A stretch of DNA of 64,000 nucleotides from Octopus sinensis (GCF_006345805.1 NC_042997.1:206026001-206090000), one strand, 5' to 3'; counted from the stretch's first letter, positions 13,191 through 27,159 are shown. Translations and numbers: made by a program. The notes: generated by a model not told the origin, from the letters alone.

Positions 13191-14418
13191 GGGTGATTTC
13201 TATTTGTGTAACACTCAGAGCTTATAGATTTGAGACACTTGATCACTGACCAGTCCCCAAAATCTGGATAATTATAAATGATGTCATCACTGTTACATTC
13301 CATTTAAAGAAACTTATGGCTGATGCAATGCTGATCTCTTCTTCTGTTACACTCCATTCCACACCACTCGTTTCTCTTACAGTCTAAATTCTCCATCCCT
13401 TTTCATTTCAAACCATCCTTCACACCATCCACCTTTTACATTCCCAGTGTCCCCGCAACATCTACCCACACACACACCACCTACTCTACACCGTTGAACT
13501 CATTACCCAACCACACACCCACCAACATATTCAAACAGCATGTACACACATCCACACGCACTCACTCCTTCTCCTCTTCCTTCGCCCACAATAGCACCCA
13601 CCCTCCCCTCATGCTACCCATCCGCACGCTTATAACAGCAACTATGTCATAACACACCTACACTTCCCAATACCTACCACTTTCCCCACCCATCTTCCAC
13701 CAAACACCTCTATCCAGTTTCACACACTTAACACACACACACAAGATATACATGCACACAATAGCCCACATGTATGAACACATAAACAGAAAACAAGGAC
13801 TCACGCACACACATAACCATGCATACAGTATATATGCACGTAATAGTTTAATGTACACACACACGTGTCACATAGCCTTATACACACACATATACAGACA
13901 CACAAATATACAGCTTCTAATACACACATGTCATGCATTGATGTTTGTGCTCACACACCCATAGGTAACAGTTTCACAGTTATCCCCCTTGCCACTCATG
14001 CCTTTAGCAACCTCTTCCTCCTCTGGTCATTTCAGCTTACAGTGACAGTCCAATTCAGACATGTTCGTTTTTTTCTCTATATATTTTATGTTCCATTTTC
14101 TGTTTTTCTTGAAGAAGAGTGTATGTTTGAAATGTAAAAGACTTTTATATCTATTTTCCTTTCTTCACCTCATCTTCATGTTATTTATAATTTTGCACTG
14201 AATATGTTGGTATGTTTGAATGTGTGTGTATATATATCTATGTATATACATATGTCTATATACATACATGCATATATACAAGTAGTATATAAAAATGTAT
14301 ATTTAAAATATGATATTGTGTGTGTATAAGTGAAAGCAATATATATTGATATTGATGTAATAATACAATTATATATTTATATTCATTTATTATAATATAT
14401 AGCATATATATTTTTATA

Positions 14419-14488
<70 letters not shown>

Positions 14489-14725
14489 AACAAACTAAGG
14501 AAAAGATAAAATTAAATAGAGAGATACAATTGATAATCCAATGATTTATCTATATTATAACATAACATAAAATACTATGAATATAATATTACATAGTATA
14601 TGATAATATAAATAATTAATAAGTAACCAAAAACGCCAACAATTTGTTTTGACTTATATACTTGTTTTGATATATGAACAATTCAGTTCCCTTATTGAAG
14701 TCCCATCAGAGGCAGTGGTTTAAAA

Positions 14726-15191
14726 TACTCTTTACTCTTTCTCTTTTGCTTGTTTCAATCATTTGACTGTGGCCATGCTGGAGCACTGCCTTTAGTCGAG
14801 CAAATCGACCCCAAGACTTATTCTTTGTAAACCTAGTACTTATTATATCGGTCTCTTTGCCGAACCGCTAGGTTACAGGCATGTAAACACACCAGCATCG
14901 GTTGTCAAGTGATGTTGGGTGGACAAACACAGATACAAACATATATACATACATACGTACGTACGTACATACATACATACATACATGCATGCATGCTTGC
15001 ATGCATACATACATACATACATACATACAACAGGCTTCTTTCAGTTTCCGTCTACCAAATCCACTCACAAGGCTTTGGTCAGCCCAAGGCTATAGTAGAA
15101 GACACCTGCCCAAGCTGCCACACAGTGGGACTGAACACGGAACCATGTGGTTCGTAAGCAAGCTACTTACCATACAGCCACTCCTATGCCT
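14726..15191 (-). mobile_element. tRNA-derived SINE, near complete, with internal (TACA)n and (TTTTAC)-like tail
   Basis: Minus strand reads GGCATAGGAGTGGCTGTATGGTAAG...GTTCAGTCCCACTG...TTGGGCAGGTGTCTTC...; 3' body ATAAGTACTAGG...GGGGTCGATTTGCTCGACT...; tail of AAAAGAG/AAAGAGTA repeats. Confidence 0.88.
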
Positions 15192-16055
15192 ATACAATGT
15201 GAAAGGATGGTTGGATTATAAAATCTGTAATAAACTGTAATAAAACATGTAAGAAAATTTTATTATTATAATATATAATATCTCTTCTGTTTAGTGATAT
15301 AAAAAAATAATGTTTTATGTAACTAATAAGAATGTTTATCGGAAGGAGAATTCTGTAATAAATATGAAGATAAACTTATAGCTGCAAACACTATAACCTA
15401 AAATACCCCATAGATATAGAGTTATGCTATAATAATAAATATCAAAATATTACTAGTTGTTTTAGAAGTAACCAGATTTGAAGTTACTTAAATAAGGATT
15501 ATTATTCATATATTATGGAAGGGAGAATTCAGTAAATAAATAATAATTAAGTAATATAACAAGATGAGTATTATGCATTGGTCTCGATAAAATATTTAAT
15601 GTTATTATTTTAAAATTAAATTACTATGAATAATATATATCCAAATTTTATTATTTCTTTCAGAAGTAACAAAATAATATTTTAATAAGAATACAAGTCA
15701 TAAACTATACAATAATATTTCGGTTATTAAATTTATTTAGTAAGTCAAATAAAACTATTAATTATTATTATCCTTATTATCATTATTATATTTATCATCA
15801 ATTGATAAATTAAATGAATATATTTATACATATGATCATTAGTATAATGAAGACATCTTGTTTGTGATATGTAATTCATATTAAATTACTAATACAAAGA
15901 TGTATTTAACGTTAACTACAAGAATATGCACTAAAAGGATTCAAAATTCTCAATTAATCCAGGTTCAATATTATTATATAGATTAAGATGACAAAACTTA
16001 AAGATACACACACACACATACACATATACACATATATATATACCCATATGATTGC

Positions 16056-16110
<55 letters not shown>

Positions 16111-16524
16111 AATATATATATATATAGATGCATATATATACATCCACATACATATATATACACAAATACCCACATTAACAATAAATGATATACACACATA
16201 TATACATATGTATGAATATAGAGACTTGTATTCATGCTTGTACACATACATAGACATGTATATACACATACATATATATACATATCAATTTATATACATA
16301 TAATGCTTGCACACATACATATACACACATATGTATACATACACACACACACACACACAAACACATACATATGCGAAATGTCATATAGATAGCATCGGAT
16401 AAATACAAACAACATATACTCATGTATACATTACATACATGCATATACATAAATATATGATTATTCATATATACATATACATGTACACATATAAATGGAT
16501 ACATACAAGTACAAATATACACAC

Positions 16525-18290
16525 TTAATAAAATTTTCTAAACACATATTTAGAATAGTTTGTATTAGATAGAACACTCTTATGTCTTTCATTAAGCAAT
16601 TTCTTCTTAGATGTTAATATCTGATATAATTCATCTATACATATATTGCATCCACTGTCATTAATTTTGTATGATCTAGCATATCTAAGTATTTTCCAAT
16701 TTATTGCGTATAATTTCTTACTATCCTTCAATTTCTGAATTAGCTTACTTAGACTATTACTGTTAAACTTAACTCTATTCCTAAATGTGTACTCATGGTT
16801 TGTATTCTGTATTTTAATAAAATTTTCTGTTGACCCTATCTAAAAATAATTTTTTCATTCTGAATCAACCCTACAACTATATATAAAGTTTTCTATAAAC
16901 AAAAATTATTAAAATAGCATTTAGCTTTATATCAGCAATCACTATTTCTATCTAGATCATTCTCTGTAATAGTATTATTATTTCTATTACAAAATTTGTC
17001 TAAACTTTTATTATTACAAGAAGAGATAATTCTAAACAAATTTTTAGAAACTGAAAAACCTATTCTAATTTTTTATTGATAATTATTCTATAATATTTGT
17101 GATTTTTATTAAAGTGTTTAGATATAGATCTGTAAAATAACTTGACCAAATTCGTTTTTATTTGTTGTGTGTGTAAGGAATGATAAAGCAAATATAATTA
17201 TCTTTATTATAATTAATGTCATTAGATGTATCCAGATTGGCATATGGCTTATACTTATTATCATTAGATCTAAGTTTATTTATAAATCTATTTTTATTCA
17301 GGATATACTTATTACACTTGTTTCTATTGATATTATTACTATTGTTAATCATATCATTACTATTTACAAATAAATTGGATACATTTCTACTATTAGATTC
17401 ACACCCTTCATTGTCAGTCAGTTTTCTATTATTATAATGAGATTTGTTGGGGTTCCCATTCTTATTACAGTATACTATTCTGTTCCAGTATCCTGCTTTT
17501 TTAAGGGCATTATTATAATATTCAGCATTCATATCAAAGATTATCTCATTAGAAGATAAATTAGAAACACGTATCAAAATGTTATTAACTAAAGTTCTTG
17601 TGATCACTTTAGGATGGTTACTGTGAAAGTTGTTATATTTAAAATTATTGTTGGGTTATGATATGGATTGTGTAGGCCAATAACAAGGCTGAAAATTACA
17701 TCCAGGTATCTAAGTGAATCCTGTTCATTTTCTATAGAGATTGATAAACCATATCTTTTAAAGAAATTATGCAATGTTTTCATATATAGGTTTATTTTTC
17801 TAGTGGATTGACTATTAATAAAAAATAATGCATCATCTCTATAGAGTTCACCTTTAATTTCTGGTAATTCATTATGGGATTGATACAGTATGTATATACC
17901 TACTAAGTCTGTAACCTGGGCAGAATTGGCTGAGACTATGGTTATGTTAAAATAATCATTAGTATTTTTTCTGGCCCAGTACTTGTTATTGAATAAAAGG
18001 ATTGACTTCCTGGCTCCCAAAATAACTTTAATTTCTCTTAAACTGAGGTCAGAATTTTTCCTAGCAAATATAAGTGCACTATTTAGCATAATGGGATTAA
18101 TTGAAGAATGATAATTATTAATAACTAACTGAATGAATTCACTTCTGCTTTTATTATCTAATTTATTAAACCAATTAATATATATAAGTTCAAACAAATT
18201 GTTGACGTTTTGGTTTTTTCGTAACTGTTTAAGTTATGTTATATTCATAGTATATTATGTTATATTATAATATAAATAAATTATTGGAAT
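16525..18290 (-). mobile_element. Penelope-like retroelement (RT plus GIY-YIG C-terminus), decayed
   Basis: ORF 17604-18197 has PLE RT motifs (SAQVTDLVGIYIL, GELYRDDALF, GLSISIE...YLDV...PYHNP). 17158-17607 ends in FIIPY. 16525-16731 has WKIL...CNICIDE..IL...LLNER, the C-terminus typical of PLE GIY-YIG endonucleases. Confidence 0.85.
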
Positions 18291-18347
18291 GTCAATTGTA
18301 TCTCTCTATTTAATTTTATCTTTATATATATGTATATATATATTATA

Positions 18348-18379
<32 letters not shown>

Positions 18380-18500
18380 ATTAGGGAGTATATCCAAACT
18401 TGCAGGGTGGATTTAATTATATCTGTTTTTTGTTTTTTATGTCTTTGGTTTATGTCTATCGCTGTTTGAGTTCCCTAATAGTGGCTTTATCTCTAGTTTA

Positions 18501-18534
<34 letters not shown>

Positions 18535-18539
<5 letters not shown>

Positions 18540-18944
18540 AATAAGAAAATGGAGGAACAAATTCATTTCAATCAGCAACTTACAGATATTACCAATTCAT
18601 ATTATTTATTAACTACATAAATAGGAACATCCAAATCCAACAAAACAATATACATCAATATGTAAGATAATAATACTATAAGAATAATACACATAAAATA
18701 GATCTTACAGCTGTTTCAGCCTGAAGATAAAGGTATCTCATTCTGCCTATATTAGTCAGATGAAACAGCTGTAAGATCTATTTTATGTGTATTATTCTTA
18801 TAGTATTATTATCTTACATATTGATGTATATTGCTTTGTTGGATTTGGATGTTCCTATTTATGTAGTTAATAAATAATATGAATTGGTAATATCTGTAAG
18901 TTGCTGATTGAAATGAATTTGTTCCTCCATTTTCTTGTTTGTAT
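18535..18944. repeat. Near-perfect inverted repeat: 184-bp arms, 42-bp loop
   Basis: 18535-18718 is the reverse complement of 18761-18944 with only a few mismatches. Both inner ends are the GAAACAGCTGTA motif. Confidence 0.95.
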
Positions 18945-19136
18945 TATGAATTTGAGGTAAAATATTTTACCTTCGGCCATCTAATACAGTAAATGAATTA
19001 ATTGCATTGCAGTTATAAGCATTTATGTATTTGGCATTTGGGTGCTTCACCAGCAGTATATTGGATAACTGATATCCCATAGTGGGTTACACTTATAACT
19101 CCTATCTCACTTTGTATATATATATATATATATATA

Positions 19137-22100
19137 ATCATCATCGTTTAACGTCCGTTTCCCATGCTAGCATGGGTTAGATGGTTCGACCGGGGTCTGG
19201 GAAGCCAGGAGGCTGCGCCAGACTCCAGTCTGATCTGGCAGTGTTTGTACAGCTGGATGCACTTCCTAACGTCAACCACTTTTTGCGTGCCATCGGCACA
19301 AAGGCCACATAGGGCTGACAAACGGCCACGATCAGTTGGTGCTTTTTATGTGTCACCGACAGGGACACAAGTTAGGCAGCACTTGCATCAGCTACTTTTT
19401 GGATGGTGCTTTTTACATGTCACTCGCGTGGGTATCTTAACTATAATTTCCATTTCATTTTTATTTTGATGTTGGTGTTGACATACTTGACTTAATAGGT
19501 CTCCTCTAGAACAGCGGGTCATTCTACGATCCAAGGTTAGCACAGCAGGCTGTCCTGCAAGCCATGAACTCACTTCATTCGTCGAGTCTTCGAAGTCACA
19601 GCATATCTCCAGAGGTCTCGGTTTTTCGTCATAACCTCTGTGAGGCCCAACGTACGAAGGTCATGCTTGACCACCTCATCCCATGTCTTCCTGGGTCTAC
19701 CTCTCCCCGGGACACCTTCAACTGTTTGGGAGTGGCACTTCTTCATACATCTCTCCTCATCCATCCATAGTACATGACCATACCAATGTAAACGTGTCTC
19801 CTGCACGCTGCATCCAATGCTTCTTATGCCCAACATTTCTCTCAGTGTGCTTACACTCTGTCGTGTATGCATGCTGACATTACACATCCAGTGGATCATG
19901 CTAGCTTCATTTCTTTCAAGCCTACGCATGTCCTCTGCAGTCACAGCCCATGTCTCACTGCCATGAAGCATGGCAGTTCACAAACATGCATCGTACAATC
20001 TACCTTACATTCTGAGCGAGAGACCCTTTGTCGCCAGTAGGGGAAGAAGCTTTCTAAACTTTGCCCAGGCTATTCTTATTCTAGTGGTAACACTCTCTGA
20101 GCATCCACCCCCGCTACTAACTTGGTCACCTAGGTAGCGGAAACTATCAGCTACTTCTAGTTTCTCCCCCACGAGTGTAATGGAATCTGTTTTCTGAGAA
20201 TCAATGGTGTCTATTGCACCTGTGCATCTGCCGCACATGAAAGCTATCTTCTCGGTTAATTTTCCTTTGATGTTGCTGCACCACTTATGTGTCCATAGCT
20301 TACAATGGGTACATCCTATGGAGTTTCTACCTACACATTTTCTACAGATCGAGCAGGGCCACCTACCTGAAGGAGTGTGTGATGTGCTCACCTTCCTACT
20401 TACTAGAAATTTGGTCTTTGCTACATTGACTCTAAGGCCTTTTGATTCTAAACCTAGCTTCCACACACGAAATTTCTTCTCCTGTTCCGGTAGTGATTCT
20501 GCTATGAGGGCTAGGTCATCAGCATAGAGGAGCTCCCAGGGCAACCCCTCTTGAATTCCTGTTATTGTCTGGAGGACTATGATGAATAGAAGGGGACTGA
20601 GGGCTGAGCCTTAGTGGACGCCAACTTCTACCGGGAACTCTTCACTGTACTCATTGCCAATCCTAACCTTACTAATGGCCTCTATGTATAGGGCCTGTAC
20701 AGCCCTTATTAACCATTCGTCAATCTCCAGTTTCCGCATCGCCCACCAGGTAAGCGATCTGGGAACCCTGTCAAAGGCTTTCTCCAATTCCACAAAAGCT
20801 ATGTTGAGGGGTTTATCTTTGGCTAGTTATTTCTCCTGCAGTTGTTGAACCAGGAATATGGCATCAGTGGTGCTTCCACCCGGTACAAAACTGAGCTGCA
20901 TCTCATCTAAGCAGACTTTCTCCCTGATGAGATGGACTATGACCCTCTCTGTGACCTTCATCACCTGATCCAAAAGTTTAATACCCCTGTAGTTATTTCT
21001 ATCTACAGCATCACCTTTACTCTTGTAGCAGTTGACTATATGGTGCTGCTACGCCAGTCGTTGGGTATGACTCCATCATGTACTACCTGGTTTACAATGT
21101 GGGTGACTAGGCCATAGCCCGCATAACCAGATATTTTAAGCATCTCAGCAGTGATTCCTGATGGGCCGGGGGGCTTTTCCTGGCTTCATACCTTTAATTG
21201 CTTTATCTACCAGGGAGTTGTCTATTGGGATAGCTGGTCGTTCTTATGGGTCAACATTTGGCTGGCTCTCCTCTTCCAATTCATTCTTCACATTCAGCAG
21301 TCTTTCATAATGGCTTCTCCAAGTCTCTTTCTTTTCACCAACATTAAAAGCAAGTGCCCCATCATCCATGTAGACACATTTCTCTCTGTGACATCACAAT
21401 TTTCTCTCACATACTCTCTTTCGATTTGAAATAACTCAGTTCTTTGGTCCTCACGTCGCTGGACATTGGAAAACTTCTTCTTTACCGCTTTGCCCTTGGC
21501 TATGTATACCTGCTGCCCAGCCTCCCTTTTGGCTACCTGGTACAGTTCCCTGCTACCCCATTCTTCCAGGCTTTCCAGGCTTGTTTCTTTGCCTTAATTG
21601 CTTTGTCTACCGTACTATTCCACCACCACGTAAGTCTAGGTCTGGAAGGGACTTTGTACCATCCGCAGATTTGGTATGTGGCACTCAGTAAGCTGTCCCA
21701 TTGGAATTTCCAGCTACCTTCTATGTCCGATGTCTGTAGCTCCTCCTCCCTCTCTTCAAATTTCTTGATGAAGATGTCCCTAAATCTCTGACTATGTGAA
21801 GGTTTCTTTAGCCTTCAAATCCTTCTTTTTGGGATTGGTCTGCTTTTTGATATCCTTCTGGCCTCGAGACTAAAGTCACTAATGACTAGCCTATGCTGTG
21901 GGATACATTCTTCACTTGGGAGGGTCTTTGTATTTAAGAGCAACCCTGCATCCTGCTGTCTGGTGAGGATGAAATCAATCTGGCTAGTGGAGTTCCCCGA
22001 TTGATAGTTTATAAGGTGGCTGTCTGGCTTCCTGAAGCTAGTGTTGCAGATTAAAAGGTTACATGCATCACAGAATTCCAGTAGTGTGGTTCCCTCATCG

Positions 22101-23000
22101 TTTCGGGTGCCAAAACTATGGCCACCATGTACCCCAGTGAAGATACCTGCTTCCCGCCTGACATGCCCATTAAAGTATCCATCCACAAAGATGAGGTCAT
22201 TGCCACTCGTCTTTGAGGTAGCCTGTAGAAGGGTGTTATAAAAGCTGTCCTTCTGATCATTTGGTAACCCCGCATGTGGGGCGTAGGCTGAGATGATAGT
22301 AGCTGTGCTATTCTGCAGGACTAGCCTAAGCTTAAGCACTCTATCGCATACCCTAACAACCTCTATAACCTTATCCACCCATTTCTCTGAGAGGAGAATG
22401 CCAACACCCCTACACTATCCATGTTAACTTGCCAGAAGAATTTGTACCTATGTGCTTTGCCTGTGAGGACCCTAGCTGAAGCTCCTCTCCATCTTACCTC
22501 TTGTATGCAGTATATATCAACTCATTTCCTTTCAAGCATCTCTACAATCTCACTAGACCTACCTTTCATTGTGCCATCATTGACAGTGCCAACTCTGAAA
22601 ACTGGGAAGGGAATGTGGGGTGAGGTTTGGGGAGGAGAGATCTTATTCAGTGCCTGAAAAGAAGAGGGTTGTTGTGGTGGTGTCCGTTTATTAGGCATGC
22701 TTCACCTTTTCTCACTTCTTTCTCTATTCCGACCTGACACCATACAAGCATGTTAAGAATGTTTCCCCTACTGGAGGTAGGAGCTGGTGTTAGTAGCATT
22801 GTAAGCATAAGCATTATGGTCATGAATTATGTAGATTCAAGCGGTGTAGCAAATTAGCAAAGTATGGATTTTCCAATGTTAGTTTAGGAGGGTGTCAGCT
22901 GAAACTGGTTGCATTGCCCGGGTAGAGGGGGATTGCAGGAATAATGGAGGGTCCTGCCAGCGGGGAACAGTTCAGACAGACAGAGGTAACAAGCTCATTC
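19137..23000 (-). mobile_element. RTE-clade LINE, near full length but disrupted (APE endonuclease, RT, 3' UTR with (GAT)n tail)
   Basis: APE motifs (IISAYAP, FNGHV, SQIDFIL) at 21815-22378; RT motifs (EKAFDRVPR, PWELLYADD) at 20005-20880; C-terminal GRGRPRKTWDEVV at 19570-19971. The 5' boundary is approximate. Confidence 0.93.
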
Positions 23001-23874
23001 CTATATAGACACAAGCACACCCACACTCAGAAATAAATATACATAATAGCTTTCTCCTTCACTCCATAAGGACAAGGAAAATTCCTGGGTAGTGGTTGGC
23101 GTGTTTCTATACGGAATGAAAATGGAACAAAAGATAGCCAGTGGGCAGATACCTGAGGGAGAGAGATGGAGAGATAAAGACAGGGAGAGGGATAAAGAGA
23201 GGGGAGAGATAGAGAGGGAGAGAGATAGCGAAGGAGAGAGATAAAGAGAGGGAGAGAGATAGAGAAAGTGAGGGAGAGAGATAGACAAAGAGGGAGAGAG
23301 ATAAGAGAGAGTGCAGGAATATAGGGAACAGCACCAGTGAAGGAGGAGGAATTGGGAAAAGAGATAACTGGAAGGGGTGTCGAGAAATTTCTAGACAGAA
23401 AAGATCGTAAGATAGTCAGTGAAGTATGTGAGAATAGACAACTGTTATGGTGGTGGGAGAAAGGATATCCGGTGTAGATGGTGGGACAATACAATAGAGA
23501 TATCCGGTACTGGTGGTGGTGGTGGTGGGAAAGGGCGGGTGCACCGCAAAACAAGCAAAGTTTGCTTGGGGACAGCAGGACGAGATATGGTAATAAAAAT
23601 AAGATTAAACAGGGGGAGAAACTGGTGGCGGGTGGTTAACTTAACGAAATTCTAAGGGATGGAATTAAAATTATATTTTGAGGGGGGGCATTTCCAATGG
23701 TTAGCTCATGGATAAAACAACAAGCTGTTAGTAAATAAAACATTTTAAGTATTAACGGCAAATGCATACCAGAGATGGAAAATGAGAGAGAAAGAAAGAA
23801 TATATATATGTTGGTAAAAATGGTAAGATAACAAAAGAAAGAAAGAGACCTCCATATTATGTAAATAGAGGAAA

Positions 23875-24061
23875 TTTATCTATAAAATAATGTTACATTT
23901 ACTCAATAGTCAAGATAAAACTCTGAGTTTCAGATGCCAAAGTGGAAATCCACACCACCATCTCTTCGAAGAGATGATGGTGTGGATTTCCACCTCGGCA
24001 TCTGAAACTCAGGGTTTTATCTTGGCTACCGAATAATTGTCACATGTTAATTTTACAGATA
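23875..24061. repeat. Loopless palindrome (MITE-like foldback)
   Basis: Core 23907-24028 is centred on CTCTTC|GAAGAG (23967/23968) with few mismatches. Weaker symmetry extends to ~23875 and ~24061. Confidence 0.85.
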
Positions 24062-24081
24062 TATATATATGTGTGTGTATG

Positions 24082-24177
<96 letters not shown>

Positions 24178-24481
24178 TATATGTATATAATTATAATTTA
24201 GGCTATCTAAATAGCTGGCTTGAAATAGCAGCCAAAACTTGACTCTAAAACCTCATTAGAAGTTCATACAGCACCAAGAGAGCAGACAAAAAGACAAAAT
24301 AAACTAGCAAAAAATTACTAGATAATTCCAGATCCCAGACTTTTGACTCAGCATAAGAAATGGTTTGCGTCATCAGTGGAATATACGCACCACATAAATA
24401 CAATTTAAACTGGTCGTGTGCATACGTGCATATATATGTATGTATACATTCGTATATGTAAGTATTCGTATGTTATATATA

Positions 24482-25875
24482 CAGTGGGGGGAAATAAATA
24501 TTCGTACACGTCAAAATTCTTTATTTAATTTATAATGAACATAAATGGGATATACCAATATTATATATGCATACACATGCATAAACTAAGAAAATGCAAA
24601 AGAAACTAATAAATTATAGTAACTAAGGAATTTATATACATTTATAAATATTTAGGGGTGAAAAAAGTATTCGTACAGAACATAAATAACTGATAATTCT
24701 GATTTAATACTTCGTAGCATAACCATTATTCAGTTCCACTTCTACCAATCTCTTCTCATAGTTCTTAATCAATGACTTGCATGTTTCTTTGGGAATTTTT
24801 TCCCACTCTTCTTGACAAATTTTCTTCAAATCTGCAATGCACGCTGGGGCTCTTGAATGAATTTAAAATTTCAAATATTGCCACAAATTTTCAATGGGGT
24901 TCAAGTCAGATAACTGGCTTGGCCATTCAATAATTTTATATTGTGATTGACAATCCATTTTTTGGTAGACTTCGCCGTGTGCTTAGGATTGTTATTCTGT
25001 TGTAAAACCCACCCTTCACAAAGCTGGAGCTTTTCTACAGAGTCCCATAAATCATTGTTCAAAATAGTTTGGTACATCTCTGCATTCATTCTACCATCTA
25101 TCACATGTAAATTGCCTGTACCATTTGCAGAGAAACACCCCCACACCATGATGTTGCCACCTCCAAACTTTACGGTAAGATTTGTGTTTTTCAGCAAATA
25201 GGCGGTACTATCTTTCCTCCGAATATGGCTACGTGAATTTCGTCCAAACAATTCAATTTTCGACTTGTCTGTCCATAGAACATTTTCCCAGAATGTATCA
25301 GATTTATCTTTATGTTCATAAACAAATTTTAAACGGGCATCTCTATGCCTTTTAGTCAACAGCGGAGTTTTTCTAGGAGAGCATGACTTCAGTTCATTCC
25401 TATGAAATTCATTGCTGATTGTTCATAGTGTAACACTAGTCCCTGAAGCTAACAAATCTTCTTGCAACTCTTTTCTTGTGATCATTGTGTTTTTTCCGAT
25501 TTTGCGCTTCCTTTTTCTTAAAGATCTAGGAGAAATCTTGTGTCGTGCACCGGATCTTATTCTGTTTTCAACAGTTCCCGATATTTTTATATCTTTGAAT
25601 AAATAAAGACATGGTAGAAAATGGAATATAAAGGGTCTCTGATATTTTCCTGTAACTTTTACCTGCTTTCCACTGTTCAATAATTAAGTTTTTCACTGAA
25701 TTTATGAGTTCTTTACTTTTCGCCATTATTATGATACTACTTTATGTTGTCTCAGTGATGAATGAAGAAGCTAGTGTTTTGACCCTTAAAAATGATAACT
25801 GATAAGATTATTGAACAAACGAGAAAGTGCTAGTAAAAAAAATTATTTTAACAGTACGAATATTTATTTCCCCCA

Positions 25876-25878
<3 letters not shown>
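24482..25878 (-). mobile_element. Tc1-family DNA transposon, full length (1397 bp), transposase disrupted
   Basis: ~26-bp TIRs CA(G/C)TGGGGG(G)AAATAAATATTCGTAC with TA on both sides. Transposase runs from ATG at 25726 (MAKSKEL...) through VLWTDKSKIELFG, GGGNIMVWGCFS, LQQNNNPKH and SDLNPIENLW, ending near 24705 with stops and frameshifts. Confidence 0.95.
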
Positions 25879-25955
<77 letters not shown>

Positions 25956-26232
25956 ATTTATGTGCTGCATATATTCTACTGATGAGGCAAAGCATTTCTT
26001 ATGCAGAACCAGAAATCCGGGATATGCAATTATCCAGTAATTTTTTTGCTAGTTTATTTTGTCTTTTTGTCTTCTCACCTGGTGCTGTTTAAGCTTTTAA
26101 TGTGGTTTTAGAGTCAGTTTTAGCTGCTATTTCAAGCGTGGTGGTATCTTTTAGATACCCTAAATTTTATAATTTTAATAATAACTATTACCTTTGAAGT
26201 TTCAAGCTTTATGCTATCAGCATGCAAAACTA

Positions 26233-27045
26233 AATGCAATACCCAATAAATACACTGAACCTGGAGGGACTGCAATCCCAGAGGCACAATCAGTGTGAGA
26301 CCTGGGTATTTACATGAGTGATGATGCAACCTTTCATGTGCATGTTGCTAAATTAGCAATGAAATGTAGGAGGCTGACCGGATGGATTCTTAGAACCTTT
26401 AGAACAAGAGACCAGGAAACCATGATGGTCCTCTGGAGGACACTTGTCCTAAGCCACTTTGACTATTGCTCTCTGCTATGGTCACCATCCAGTGTCAAGT
26501 TAATCACAGAACTTGAGGCAATCCAACGAAGCTGCACGAGGAAGATAGCCTCTGTGTAGCATATAAGCTACTGGGAAAGATTCTATTCCTTAGAGCGTAG
26601 GCGAGAAAGATATGCCATAATATACATCTGGAAGATCTAGAAGGACTTGTCCCAAAATTTGGCATCGAGAGTTACACAAATGCCAGAACTGGGCGCCACT
26701 GCATAGTGCCAAGGACTCCAAATTTGCCATCAAGATGTAGGACAAGATACTGTGATAGCCTGGGCTTCCAAGGCCCACAGCTCTTCAATATCCTCCCGAA
26801 GAACCTGAGAGACCTGCATGGGGTGGATGCAGATGTCTTTAAAATGAAACTGGATCTCATCTTGTCAGGTGACCCACATGAACCAACTTCATGGCAGGAG
26901 GTGCAGATGAAGGCAGCTGCATCGAACTCTCTCATGCACCAAATGGCAATTGCTAAAAAGCATTCATAAAGTAAAATCATGTAGCAACACCAAATGGCAG
27001 TGCCCTAGCATGGCCATAGCTTGTGAGCTGAAACTAGATAAAAAA
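26233..27045 (+). mobile_element. CR1/L2-like LINE, 3' fragment
   Basis: GWILRTFRTRD...LVLSHFDYCSLLWSP...LEAIQR...YSLERRRERY...GPQLFNILPKNLR, the C-terminal part of a CR1-group ORF2. Confidence 0.85.
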
Positions 27046-27159
27046 TAAATTAAAAAATAAAATATATATATATATATATATATAAATTAATTTATGATAT
27101 ATATTAACATATATTAACATGTATTAAACAGGAACATAAGAAAGCAAATATCTTTGCAG

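Noticed and set aside
15954-16522. Tyr/Ile/His-rich ORFs (also near 13.7, 27.5, 39.9, 40.3 and 62.4 kb)
   Set aside because: Translation of TA/CA/TACA microsatellites.
23001-23655. Ser/Leu-rich ORFs
   Set aside because: Translation of a (GA)n tract and adjacent low-complexity sequence near the RTE 5' end.
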